Below the pieces are notes generated by a model that saw nothing but the letters and a program-made list of their open reading frames with translations, was not told where the DNA came from and made no database searches. The position numbers and the translations under genes were made by a program. This document shows positions 12,953 through 25,297 of a stretch of DNA of 64,000 nucleotides, in pieces. The number at the start of each line of letters is the position of its first letter. Within the stretch, counting starts at the first letter, position 1. The stretch spans positions 12,836,284-12,900,283 of the forward strand of contig JAHRHZ010000223.1 of assembly GCA_024137785.1 (NCBI GenBank). The letters are read 5' to 3'. Source of the DNA: Ginglymostoma cirratum. Lineage: Eukaryota.

Positions 12953-14609
12953 TCTCAGTTCAAAATCGCATACTAGCCATACCTTTGCATAAACGTTGAC
13001 CACAGTTGTTAAGGTAGAATTAATTTATTCACAAAAAGGTGTCACAGTGCTTTAACTGGAACTATCAGTGTTTTCTTCCTCAAATTTCAAAAAGGAGATC
13101 ACCCATAACCAACAACAGTACTTCACAGATAATACACCACACATTTCTGCTAGGACTTCAAGACTTCAAAGATTAAACTATATGCAGCGACTTCTAGAAT
13201 ATTCAAGTGTAAATAGGTAAAATTATACTTCTATTATTAATGCACAGTCAAGTGTCAAGCAGCTGTCCTCAAAAGAGAAAAGACCATTGTGCACAGTCTG
13301 TTTCTCTTGATCTGTCAATGTTACAATAGCATAAAGGCTTTGTGCATCACATAATTTCAAATACCTTGGGTTTAAAACGCCGAACACTTTTTCCACTGAA
13401 TATGAAATGATAGACCATTGGTATTCTGTCTGCATCAGACAGAGTAGCGACCAATAAGTTAGTTGATAAACACTGCAGAAGACAATCAATTCACTGTTGC
13501 ATTTTTTTCTGGATGACCAACTCAATAACAAAAGTGTGATACAACAGAATGAAAAACCATTATTCTAAACTAGCAAATCTCCAAAGTGGGGGAACAGTAG
13601 ATGACCTGTAAGCAGCACCAGCACAGAAATAAATCAGCTGATTTCTACAAACGATCACTCCTCTACAAGGTTCTTCTTGTGATGACAAACAAGTGTGTGG
13701 TATCATTGAACATTGACAGCACTCTGGTACCTTCAAAGGTTGACACGTTCAAGTTGTCAAACAACTGGAAGAAGTGCTCATAATTAAAATGCTCCTAACG
13801 AAGTTTTGTCACAAAGGCAACAATTTTGCTTTCCAGAATAACTCAAACAATTGAAACAGTGGACAAGTGAAATATCTATTTTGTTAAAAGGTACAATTGC
13901 AAGAATTATATGATCTTATTCAAGGCATTTGGGCTGAAATCAAACATATTTCTGTACTTTCACTTCAACATTATACATACAAAGTTTCCTTTTAATTCAT
14001 TTTCACATACAGAATGACCAATCCTAAATAATGGAGAAAAATCAAAAACTAAAATGAAAACCCTGAACCTCATAGCACATCGCTCCACCACCTCTGAGGA
14101 AGAAGCCACAGATCCTTCAGAAGAAGCACCAGCAAGGCTGCCTCCTGCACCCTCCATTAGCTCAAATACTAATACCTTGGAAGGTATTTTAGATAAATTA
14201 GAGTCAGCAGCAGAACTTCATAGAAGTGCACAAGCCAGCGTACAGGCAACAGGTAGGCACCTGAAAAATTGACAAAGTTTGTGGGACTGCATAGGCGTTG
14301 TTTGCACTCTGCTACGTCAGGCATATAAGGGGTTGGCTGCTTCCATGGGCGGTTTGGCAGCTGTCATGGACAGCCAGGTCCAGCAGGCTTAGTGGGATGA
14401 GTTACTGTGAACTTACTCCAGGTACCCCCTCCCGAGAAGCAGACAGCATGGTGCCAATAGGCACCCAGTCAGAGGAGAAATCACATACAGGCCCTCTGGT
14501 CACAAAGCGCTCCCTGCTACAGACTCCCTGATCCTAACTATCCTAAGCAACCAACTGATTGTGCTCAAGCTGATGACAGATACTACCCTTACGAGGAGGC
14601 ATACCAAAC

Positions 14610-14672
14610 TAAAAATGTTAACTCTACTTCTCTTCATTGATGCTGCCAGACCTGCTGCATTTCTCCAGCACA
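14610..14672 (+). mobile_element. Degenerate PLE terminal-repeat fragment
   Basis: 'aaaatgttaactct…gatgctgccagacctgctg…tttctccagca'. Confidence 0.55.
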
Positions 14673-15524
14673 TGCAATGTGTCTGCCCCTTTGACTCATC
14701 ACTGCTGGAAAACATAAACTGCTTGGCTTTGAATCTGCGCTAAAGGGCAAGTCAATACAGATATAATGTGAGCATTTAAACTTTGGCTGAGGAAGCAAAG
14801 TACAAAAAGACAAGACAATGCAAACCAGGCAAGACAGATGTGATGAGAAACAAAACAAGCAAGTAGCCCTCAGATACATTCTAGTCCAATCCTTGAGTTG
14901 GGTGCCTGTCCCTGCGCACAAATGTCCTGGCAGCAAAATTGCAATGAGAAGTGCAGGCGCTCTCCAAAGTGCAGAACTGAAGTGTCATGAGGGTGCAGTG
15001 AGGCTGGCACAAGTCTGATGCCCAGGTCCATGAAAAGGCAGCATGTGTACTCACTGCCCATGAAATGTGCCCTCGAATGTTGGAGACTGCTGTCCAAGAA
15101 GGAGAACCTGAAGATCAAGCAGGAGTTCAAAGGCTACTGTTCTAATTTTCATGTTGGAATTGTTAGCATCAGGTTTCTATCCAGCAGGTGGGAGAATGGA
15201 AAATTACATTTTAATGGGGTGAAACTGGGAAATATTGAGATGTTGATACACGCTAACTAATGTAAGTAGGCCTCTCACCACACATAGTGAGGATCTCATC
15301 TTGATGTTCAACACTTAGTTGGAAAATGGGCCATTTAGAATCTCCTCATTTACTGCGGCACCCACATGGTCCATTGCTGTAAAGGATCCACCCATTGGAT
15401 CTACCACTTGAACCACCAAAGTAATGTCTGAGTAAATCCAATTTCCTCTTGTCAAACATAGTAATACATCCAATCCACTAATGTCAGTGTTCTGAATGCT
15501 AGAGGTCACCATAGAGCCCCAACC

Positions 15525-15660
15525 AGAATTGAACAGGAGTCATATCTGACTCAAAACCTTAACTCCGTTTCTTCCTCCACAGATGCTGTCGGACCTGCTG
15601 AGTTTCTCCTGCGTTCTGTGTTTGTTTCAGATTTCCAGCATCCTGCAGCATTTTACTTTT
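15525..15660 (+). mobile_element. Degenerate PLE terminal-repeat copy
   Basis: 'gagtcatatctgactcaaaaccttaact…cacagatgctgtcggacctgctgagtttctcc…tttcagatttccagcatcctgcag'. Stem II gagtc/gactc is retained. Confidence 0.65.
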
Positions 15661-16259
15661 GAGTGTGAAGTCCAGCCCAATGATATAATCAACACCAACA
15701 TGGATGGGTGGATTTGCATTGGCAATTTACACTGGCACTACAGTTAGCGTAAATGTTGTTTGATATGACCACAGTAAAACTGTCCAGGTTAGTCTCGAAT
15801 CATTTTGGTCTGGGGTCAGTTTATTTTTGGTATTACAGACTTAACTTACACCAAAAATTGTGTATCGAAGCAAGGCAGGTCAGTTTTTCCTGCTGTACTG
15901 ATCTTGTGCCACATGATTGCACTGGGATACTGAGTGGAAAACTGGTTTTCTAATTCAACTGACACTGATGGGATAAAAGTCTCCTGGCTGCTGTGCAAGT
16001 AGGACCAATGTGAACAAAGTACAGGTGTTTTCAAACTGAATGATCTTTGAATTAAGAGAAGCTTTTGAAATTTGTATTTATATAATGCTATCACAATTAC
16101 CAGACATCTCCAACCACAGCTTAATGAAACACTGTTGGAATACAGGAAACACAGGAGCCAAGTCGCACACTGCAAGTTCTGACCAACAAAGGTTTGGTAA
16201 TTACCAGATAATATGCTTTGTGGTGCTGAAGGTGGGATAAACATTAATCAGGAAATTTG

Positions 16260-16440
16260 GGTAACTTCTTGCTCTTCTTGCAGATGGGTCCTCTGTGATG
16301 TCTTATCCAAAAGATGACATCTTTAACAATGTGACACTCCGTCAGTACTGGAATGCATTGGCAACTTTTGATCTTTGGTAATCAAGCCCTGGAGCAGAAC
16401 TTAAAGCCACTTATTTAAGATTCAGAAGCAAGGGTTTGCA
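16260..16440 (-). mobile_element. DeuSINE-type (SacSINE1-like) SINE fragment
   Basis: Minus strand 'cagtactgacggagtgtcacattgttaaagatgtcatcttttggataagac' resembles the recalled Deu-domain consensus 'cagtactgagggagtgctgcactgtcggaggtgccgtctttcggatgagac'. Confidence 0.55.
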
Positions 16441-17617
16441 GTTCAATAGCCAGCAACTACCTACATCATGAGCACCAATTTCAGTTATGATGTCACAGTT
16501 GAAGCCAAGCAAGGCAAACAAACATAACAAAAGGATCCCACTCACCCATTTACCCTGAAAACAACTCTTCGGTCCTCCCCATCAATTCAGAAGGGTGCAA
16601 TGCAAAACAGAACTTAGAAGTCAAAGCACGGACAATTAAGTATAAAAATAAACACAAAAGTAGGACAACTGTAAACAAAGAGTATATTATGCGCAGTGCT
16701 GACGATTTCCTAATTCAATCCAAATAGAACCTAAAGTAACAAAAATGTTCACAATTCAACAGCTACTTGTTTGGAAAGTTATAGGACATTCTGCAGTCAA
16801 AATATTCTTGAGGCATTTCAGGTTGTTAGCAAATACATAATTCCAGTCATCCAGGATTTGAAAATACCTGCCAAACTAAGTTTGCTCTGTTAAAGACCTA
16901 CCTGTTCTTTTAATCCACAGAAGAGCTAATATTGATATCCAAAGCTTTTGGTTTATGGCGGCAAAACATGAGCTAAAGAAATAGTTATTTGATAAAAAAA
17001 CACCTTAGTCATAAATGATTCGGATGTCTTCAAAATAAAATGTCAGAGCATAATTAAGAAGTTGGAAGTCTTCTTAATTTACAAGCCCCCTTAAACCCCA
17101 CCCTCAGGCCAATATAAAACCACCAAGACGCGTTAGGCACAATGAGCCAAAAAATAACATTTTGAATCCAGTTGTGGAGAAATTGCCAGAAAACAGAGGT
17201 TGTACTGTTTGAAGATTGCAGGATATAGGATGTGGAAATGACATCCTATTTTGCACAAAGCAAATTATCACGAAGACAAAATAACAAGATAAAACAAATA
17301 AATTTCCACCAATGATTCAGTAGGATGCATGCAACCCTAGCTGTTCATAACTTGCAACTTGACAAGGAAAGTTGCATGTTCAATTCTTCACTCATTGAAC
17401 TATCCCTAGCAGCTCTGGTCAGGATCACCAGATTAGGGAAGGAAAGAACAAGTGGATTTCACAATTTAATCTTGGAGAAAAAAGGATACTTGAATATTTT
17501 TTGACCACTGGATCAACCTCTGATGTAACGGCTACCTACCGTTGGTCTTTAAAACCACAATATTCATCCATACCTGAAAAGACAGTGGAGAAAGAGAGAA
17601 GAAAAAGATGAAAATGT

Positions 17618-17718
17618 GTTCTGAGGAAGGGTCACCAGACCCAAAACGTTAACTGATTTTTTTTTTCTTCACAGATGCTGCCAGACCTCCGAGCTTTTCC
17701 AGCAACTTCTGTTTTTAT
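17618..17718 (+). mobile_element. PLE terminal-repeat copy with a decayed hammerhead-like core
   Basis: CTGAGGA-A-GGGTC-ACCA-GACCC-AAAAC-GTT (GAAA changed to AAAA at a CpG), followed by 'cacagatgctgccagacc…ttttccagcaact'. Confidence 0.75.
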
Positions 17719-18007
17719 TAGAGAAAAAGATGAGGTTTCTTGTGCTGCTGCCACTATTCCTATCCCCAACCTTTCATCATCTCAGAAAATAAGGATCCCG
17801 AGAAGAGAAAACCAGAAGTGGGGATGGGAGCAGAAAGAGAAAGAAAAGGCAGGGTCTTTTAAAAAAAACAGTGAAGATGATTAACAGAGTCATTTTTCCA
17901 TCTTTGCTCATTGTATGTATAGAAAAAACATAGAAGGTACAAATGGAGATAAATAATTGAACCCAGTCAGGCAATGTCCAATTTTACTCTCCAGCTGAAC
18001 AAACTGT

Positions 18008-18367
18008 CACAGAATCATAGAATCCCTCCAATGTGGAAACTGGCCATTCGGCCCAACAAGTCCACACCAACCCTCTGAAGAGCATCCCACCCAGGGCCAT
18101 TCCCCTACCCTTTCCCTGTAACCCTGCATTTCCCATAGCTAATCCACTTAACTTAAACACCTCTGTACACTATGGGCAATTTAGCACAGCCAATCCACCT
18201 CACCTGCACATTCTTGGACTGTGGGAGAGAACCGGAGCACCCAGAGGAAACCCACGCAAATACGGGAACAATGTGCACACTCCACACAGACGGTCGCCCA
18301 AAGGTAAAATCAAACCCGGGTCCCTGGTGCTGTGGGACAGCAGAGCTAACCACTGAGTCACTATGCC
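18008..18367 (-). mobile_element. Full-length HE1 V-SINE
   Basis: tRNA-like head, central domain 'gtgggtttcctctgggtgctccggttc…cccacagtccaagaatgtgcaggt', and CR1-like tail 'gggccgaatggccagtttccacattggagggattctatgattct'. Confidence 0.92.
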
Positions 18368-18551
18368 TCAGTCCTTATCACTTCCACCCATTTTACTCCC
18401 ATATGCCTTCAACCCTTTATCCTTCATAACCTGTCCACTGTAACCTTAAATATTGTTGTAATTTTTGCATTTAATCTCTAACTCTGGAAGTGAAATTCAC
18501 AGTTTCACGGCTCTGAAAAATTCTGCCCTCTACCTGAAATCTCTCTCACGT

Positions 18552-18812
18552 GGGCAGCATTGTGGCTCAGTGGTTAGCACTGCTGCCTCACAGCTCCAGG
18601 GACCTGGTTTGATTCCAGCCTTGGGCAACAGTCTGTGTGAAGTTTGCACCTTCTCCCCATGTCAGCATGGGTTTCCTCCAGGTCCAAAGATGTGCCGATT
18701 TGGTGGATTAGCCATGGTAAATGCAGGGTTACAGGGATAGGGTGGGGGGAGCTGGGATGCTCTTCAGAGCGTTAATGTGGACTTCATGGGCTCTTTCCAC
18801 ACTGTGGTGATT
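18552..18812 (+). mobile_element. HE1 V-SINE (internally deleted)
   Basis: gggcagcattgtggctcagtggttagcactgctgcctcacagc…ggtttgattcc…ttccacactgt. Confidence 0.9.
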
Positions 18813-18829
18813 TTATTTTAATGTGTTAT

Positions 18830-19150
18830 CTGCTACGCTCCTGAACTCTCAAAACTACGGTAACAAATCTGCTTACATCCATCTTACCACATTGATATGT
18901 AATTTTAAATACCCATCATTTTTTCCTGAAAACAAAGGGCCAGTCTCGTATTTTCTACATACCTACTATTTTCTCAGACCAGACATCAACCCGGCGCATT
19001 GGTATTGCACCCTGTCCAAACCTTCATCGTCATTCCTAGAACACAAAGCCTAATGTTGCACAGAATAGTCAAATTGAGATCCTATCGAGGTATTATGTCA
19101 GCTGATCATTGCCTCCTGGTTTTACATTCTAGGCATGTGATTAATCCTAG
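18830..19150 (-). mobile_element. Highly decayed CR1 fragment (continues at about 18370-18545)
   Basis: 'cattcctagaacacaaagcctaatgttgcacagaatagtcaaattgaga' resembles the reverse of the PHLEYCVQFW region. Confidence 0.4.
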
Positions 19151-19219
19151 AATTCAATTAGTTTTTTTCCCCTGACAGTTTCACAGACAGAATGAGTATC
19201 CCCTTCACCACTCATAATC

Positions 19220-19395
19220 TACACATGTAGTTCTCCTATAAATCAATAGTTGCGTTCTTATGTGACCTTGTGCTATAGAAAATTGCTGTGCCTATACTGC
19301 AGAAAGTTTGCGTTATCCAAACAGCGTCCGCTACTCATCAACCTTGTTACAGCCAATTCGCGTTAATGAAACACATTATAGCAGAACTATCTGTA
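19220..19395. mobile_element. Tc1/mariner-pogo (Tigger-like) MITE
   Basis: TIRs TA-CACATGTAGTTCTCCTATAA … TTATAGCAGAACTATCTG-TA. TA target duplication; no ORF. Confidence 0.7.
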
Positions 19396-20221
19396 TGTCT
19401 TGTATTAAAAAGTGTGCTTTTTCTGACCCTCAATGTGCATACACCATTTAAATAAAACCAGCAAAAAGCTGTAGTGAGCCTAAATATAAAGGTTAATTAT
19501 TATAGCCATTTGCACTAACTTTAAATGTGACACCCTACACTCACCCAGATATAGATTGGGTACCGGTAAAGCACCATGCTACAAATTAAGGCTTACCTAG
19601 TCTCTGGTTTACAATCTGCATCTCCCACGTTGCAGGCCAGGTTTCTTGAAACAGGATTGAGGGTCTTGTCAAGGAAAGGATTCTCAGCAAGTTGCGAGTT
19701 TCCTGTAGTTAAATTTCTAGGAGCTTGGATCTTGAGTAAACTTTAATTGGAACCTACTGAGGGAGTCCTTTACACTGTTGGGATCTCCACTTTCAAGCTT
19801 TGCCATTATTTACTTTAGTTGCTTGGATTCTTGTAGATAGTTTGACGACTTTGGTGGTCAGTTTGCAAACACCTTCTAGCTGATTTTAAAAGCAGACTTG
19901 TACGAGTTCAAAGTACTTTTCCAAATAAAAGGTCACATGTACTTTGATCCCAAACATCCAATGTTGTTTATGAACATCCAAAGAGTTTCAGGCAGTGTCT
20001 TTGTTTTAAAATTACCCATTCAATTTGATAATACTCTTTTGGTCCAGTTTCAGGAAGAAGCATTGATTCTCATCAGTCTGAAATGGTCATATATTCCCTT
20101 GTGAGTGAGGGGAGCATCCACAGTAGAACTCAGGTGACCCTTGTGTAGCCATCTTTTCTAGCCTTTGGTGTCTAATTTTAAGGTAGAAAAGTATCACTTG
20201 ACTGTCCATAACACGTTGAAG

Positions 20222-20900
20222 TATAAGAAATAGGAGCAGGATAAGGCCATTACGTCCCTCAAGCCTACACCACCATGCAAAGAAATCATGGTTGATCTGC
20301 CCCAGACCTCAATTCCTCTTTTGTGCCAATTCCTCATAGACCTCAACTCCTTGGTCTTTCAAAAATCTCTCTTCCTCCCCCTTAAATACATGCAGTCATG
20401 AAAAATCTTTCCATCTCAGTTTCAAACAGGTGTCCCATCATTCTGTAACTATGCCGTCCAGTTTGAGATTCACCCACTATTGGAAACATCTCAACACCTA
20501 CCATGGCCAGCCCAATCAGAATTATGTGTGTTATGACATCACTTCACACTATTCTCATGGATGCAGGCAGAATTTCTTTCACTATTCTTGACAAGTCAAC
20601 CCCTTCATTCCAGGAATCAGCCTATTGAATCTGTTTTGAACAAATTCCAAAGCCAGTCTGTCTTTTTTTTAAATATGGGGATCAAAACTGTACACAGTAC
20701 TCCAGGCGCAGCCTCACCAACATCCTGTGCACTTGTAACAGGAAGTCCCTGTTTTTAAACACCAGCAACAAAGGCCAAAATTCTATTTGCATTCTTAATA
20801 ACTTGCTACAGTGCAAGCTAGCTTTTTGTAGTCATGCACTAGAGCACCCATATCCCTCTGTACTGCATTACTTTTTGGAGTGTCTCTCCATTTAAATAAC
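20222..20900 (-). mobile_element. Decayed CR1 3' portion
   Basis: Tail 'taagaaataggagcagg…ggccatt…ccctcaagcct'. 'caaaactgtacacagtactccagg' is the reverse of LEYCVQF. Confidence 0.8.
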
Positions 20901-21984
20901 AGACTTTGTATCTCAGTACGACAGAGAACATTACCAACCCGAGGTACATTGAATCAAAAGTCACCTTCAGGTCAGTGAAAATGAATTTCATTTCCTTGTT
21001 TTTTGGCCCAGGCACCTGGAATGCTCACTTGCATGCCAAAGGTGATGAGAAAGATTAAACCCCTGCAACATGCTCGAGCTACAGTATTTTGGTGAGGATT
21101 TAGATTTGCCTCTTTGACGTCCAGCACAAACATTCATAGAATTGTGTTTTTGTCAGCTACAAGGTCAGTTTAGCAACAAATGCTCTTAGGTCAAAAGTGT
21201 TGGGCAATTAAACAGTCAAAAGTAAAAATAGCAATAACCTCCATGTAGAAATGGGCTTCATAAACAAGTAAAAGCTTTTATTTTATTATTAACAAACCAT
21301 GGGAGTGATAGTGAATCCTTATAAGTAGTGTATGTGTTTGTATTCAAAATTCTATTCTCATTTACTGGGTAGACATTAATTATGATTGCAGCACAAACTC
21401 AAATGTAGTACCGATTTAAATGACGGTTAAAATTACTTTTTTTTGCACTCAATCAAAACAAGGCTGCCAGCATTTGGAATCCCTGACAAGAACTTTGGCT
21501 CCAGTGCAAAAGAACCATCTTTAAGCTGCAGACATGACTCAACAGTCTAAATGAACGATGATGACAATAGACAGTTGTTGTTAAACAAATTGATTAACTG
21601 AATTTGAAAATCTCTTCTAAAACGCTTTAGCAACTGTACTCTTCAGAGGAGAAACGGTACTGTTAGGAGTGGGATCCCTGTTTCCCAAAATCTCTCAAAA
21701 GTTGAACAGCAATAAATAGTATGAAACCAATCTAACAGGTCATTTGGAAAACACACTCAATCAGGAGCAGGAACAATGAACATGAGGTAGGTAGAAGTGA
21801 ATTACCTGAGTGTAATCCACTGTACAGTTTGGATAATATCTCAGGCTTACTATCTTTATGCATGTCCTTACTATGATGATTGCAACAGCATGCAATCCTC
21901 TCCCAACATAAATTTTAAAGATCATGCGTCTGAGTCCACTTTTTTTTTTGTTGAAGCCTGTAGATCATACAGGACCAACAGGAA

Positions 21985-23108
21985 ATTAGAGTTCATCAAC
22001 TACAGCTCCACTTTCAACACCATTATCCCCTCCAGACTGATCTCAAAACTCCAAGACTTTGTTATTGGCCCTGTCCTCTACAACTGGATCCTCAGCTTTC
22101 TTATCCAAAGGCCGCAACCAGTGAGGATAGACAACTGCACCTCCTCCACGACAACACTCAATACTGGAGCCCCCCCAAGGATGTGTCCTCAGCCCCCTAC
22201 TGTACTCCCTGTACACCCACGACTGTGTTGCCAAATTCTGAACAGATGCCATCCACAAGTGTGCTGACAACACCACTTTGGTAGGAAGGATATCTAACAA
22301 CGATGAATCGGAATACAGAAAGTAGATAGAGGGCTTGGTGACGTGGTGCAATGAGAACAACCTCTCAATGCCAGTAAAACTAAAGAACTGATCATTGACT
22401 TCAGAAAGGAAGGAAGAGAACACGCCCCCATCTGCATCAGTGGAGCTGAGGTTGAGAGGGTGAAAAGCATCAAGTTCCTAGGAGTGACAATAACCAATCA
22501 CCTGTCCTGGACTTCCCACATCGATGCGACAGTCAAGGCGGCAGAACAATGCCTCTTTTTCTTCAGGCAGCTCAGGAAGTTTGGCATGTCCATAAGGTCC
22601 CTCACAAGCTCCTACAGATGCACCATTGAAAGCATACTGTCCAGGTGCATAACAGCCTGGTATGGCAAGTGCTCTGCCCAGGGCCATAAGAAACTATAGA
22701 AGGTGGTGTGCACAGCCCAGACCATCATGGAGGCCAACCTTCCATCCATGGACACCATTTATACATTTCGTTGCCACAAAAAAGGCTGCGGACATCATCA
22801 ACAACCCATCGCACCCCAGTAATGAACTCCTATAACCTCTTCCGTCAGGCAGAAGATACAGAAGCTTGAACACACGCACCAACAGGTTCAGGAACAGCTG
22901 ATGAATGGACTAACTTCAAATAAAGCTGATCTTGCTAACATTGATCTTGACTAGTGCACACCCTGTGCAACGAGACTTGTATGCCTCTAAGTTCTTTTTC
23001 CACCCTACAAACTATATGTCCTTGCTTACTATAATCTACCTGTACTTGTTGTAAACAAAGCTTTTCACTGTACTCAGGTACATGTGACAATAAAATCAAT
23101 CAAATAAA
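21985..23108 (+). mobile_element. 5'-truncated Rex1/Babar-clade LINE
   Basis: FINYSSTFNTIIP…NWILSFL…RPQ…LNTGAP; KELIIDFRK; IKFLGVTITNHLSW…FRQLRKFG…YRCTIESILS.CITAWYG. 3' end aataaaatcaatcaaataaa. Confidence 0.88.
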
Positions 23109-24002
23109 ATGAACATGGTTAATTTCAGAGGTAAATTCAGAAATAAGTAACTGGATCAATATCAGTTAAAGGAAGCAAGGATTATAAAGGGATTAGCAGA
23201 ACTGCTGAATAATTTTCAGAAAAGGAGATGAATGCAATTGTCTTTATAGGAGGGGTTTGTGGGTGAGGATTACATAATATCCATGATTAAATATTCAGGC
23301 ATAGGTTATGGATGGAGCAGAATGGCTTGGTCAAATGCCTTTTATCTTCAACATTCGCTTGATATCAGGTTAGTAATACAATGCACCATAGGAATATAGC
23401 CTAACAAAATAATGGATTCTTCCAGATTATGATCCACGAAGAAATTTACAACCCTCCATTTAATATAAAAAGGATAATTGAAGCGTTTAAACTGCCTTTA
23501 CTTGAATGCTTTGTCAGAGCTAAGTTTAGCTGAAACTCCTCCAATTTTCACCATGCTGCTAATGCAACTCAATTGGCTTAGAAACAAATGGAAAAGGTCA
23601 GCATATTGTGGCCCTTGGCTGATTTCTTTTTCAGTAATTAGCCAAAGTGCTTAGCTGGTTAGTAAAACATTATTCCTAATGAAACCATGACTTTTTCCAT
23701 TTTCAATTCACTCCAAAATATTCCCTAGAGTGAGAACACGAACACTAAAAATACAAGTGACTTAGGTTTGGATTTAAATTTTTCAAACACACTCAGTTTA
23801 ACTGACATTATAACTGTTTTACCATCTGTACCTGGATAATAACCATTTTTTAAGTCATTGTTAAGAATTTAATGTAATTGCATAATTAAAAAACACCTGT
23901 ACATTTAATGTCTATTTTAATATAGCTCTGAACTGATTATTTTAAAAATAATGCGCATGAAACAAAGAATTGCAGTTAAATTATCAAACGAACTGAAGAG
24001 GT

Positions 24003-24745
24003 TCATAGGCACATAGGAAGAGGTATAGAACGTGTAGCCCCCTTGAGTCTGCTCCACCATTCAATAAACTCAGAGCTACAATGTGGCCGAATGCCATTTT
24101 TGGTTATTCTTTATTAACTGTGGTTAACAAAAATCTTACAGATCTTAGTTTTAAGATTAACATTTGATTGCGCATTAAATGCTATTTACAGAAGACAGCG
24201 CTAAACTTATCATCCTTTGTTGGAAAATTTCCTAATTTCACTCCTGAAATGTTTGGCTCTGACTTTAAGAACATGCCCCTTGTCCTAGATTCCCCAACCA
24301 GCAGAAACTGCTTCTAACTACTCTATCTATACTCTATAATATCCTGAAGACTTCTACCAAAACAATCCTTAACCTTCTAAATTCAGGAAATACAACCCTG
24401 GTTTCTGCTTAATCTCATCTCATTATTTAAGCCTGGGAGTCCAGATACCTTTCTGGCAAATTTACGTTCCTCCCAAAGTCAATATATCATTTCCAAAGTG
24501 TGGCCCCAGAACTATTCACATTCTTCCAGGTGTGGTATATCCATGACTCTGTACAGCCGAAGCAAACTTGCCCCTCTGTATTCTCGACATCTAGATATGA
24601 AAGCTGGCAATCCAAGAACATTTTGAATTGTTTTCTACACTTCTCATTACATTTTCAATGATCTATGTAGTTGTACCTATAAGTTTCTTTGGACCAACAC
24701 TGTTTCTAAGCTCTTACTAATTAGAAAGTATTTTGGTTGCATAAA
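24003..24745 (-). mobile_element. Old CR1 3' portion (host of the nested block; resumes at about 27720-27840)
   Basis: Tail 'cataggcacataggaagagg…cccttgagtctgctccaccattcaataa'. 'ggccccagaactattcacattcttccaggtgtgg' is the reverse of PHLE..QFW.P. Confidence 0.75.
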
Positions 24746-24749
24746 TTTG

Positions 24750-25297
24750 AGAAGATTTGTATTTCGGGTTGTGGATGAGGATGTGGATATGGATGAGGTT
24801 GTAGACAGCACCATGAAACTGCTGGATCTGCGCCTCACAACCCACTTCACCTTCAACGACCATATATTCAAACAAATCAACAGAATACCAATGGGATCCC
24901 CACTATCAGGGCTGATAGCAAAAGCCGTAATGCAAAGGTTAGAATTGCGCAAAGCAGAACAGGAGCGCTTGTACAGAGTTTTTAAAAGGAACGATACCCA
25001 AAAAGCACAATCCACTGTTACCTCCACGACAGACCACAGCAAGAGGATACAACACGGCCAGACACACTAATCACTCTACTGTACATTAGAGACATATCAG
25101 AGATGACCACAAGACTACGCAGACCCCTAGGTATCAGGGTAGTCCACAAACCAACAACCACGCTGCGACAGCTACTGACGAACGTAAAAGATCCCATACC
25201 CACAACCAATAAACCTAACGTAATATTAAAATACCATGCAAGGTCTGTGGGAAACATTACATAGGCCAAACTGAAAGAAAACTGACAATAAGGATGA
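24750..25297 (+). mobile_element. Internally deleted Penelope-like (Poseidon-type) RT/GIY-YIG fragment
   Basis: LLDL.LTTHFTFNDHIFKQIN.IPMGSPLSGLIA.AVMQRLE (RT), then YIRDISEMTTRL.RPLGIRVVHKP…VKDP, and IPCKVCGKHYIGQTERKLTIR (GIY-YIG). Confidence 0.88.
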
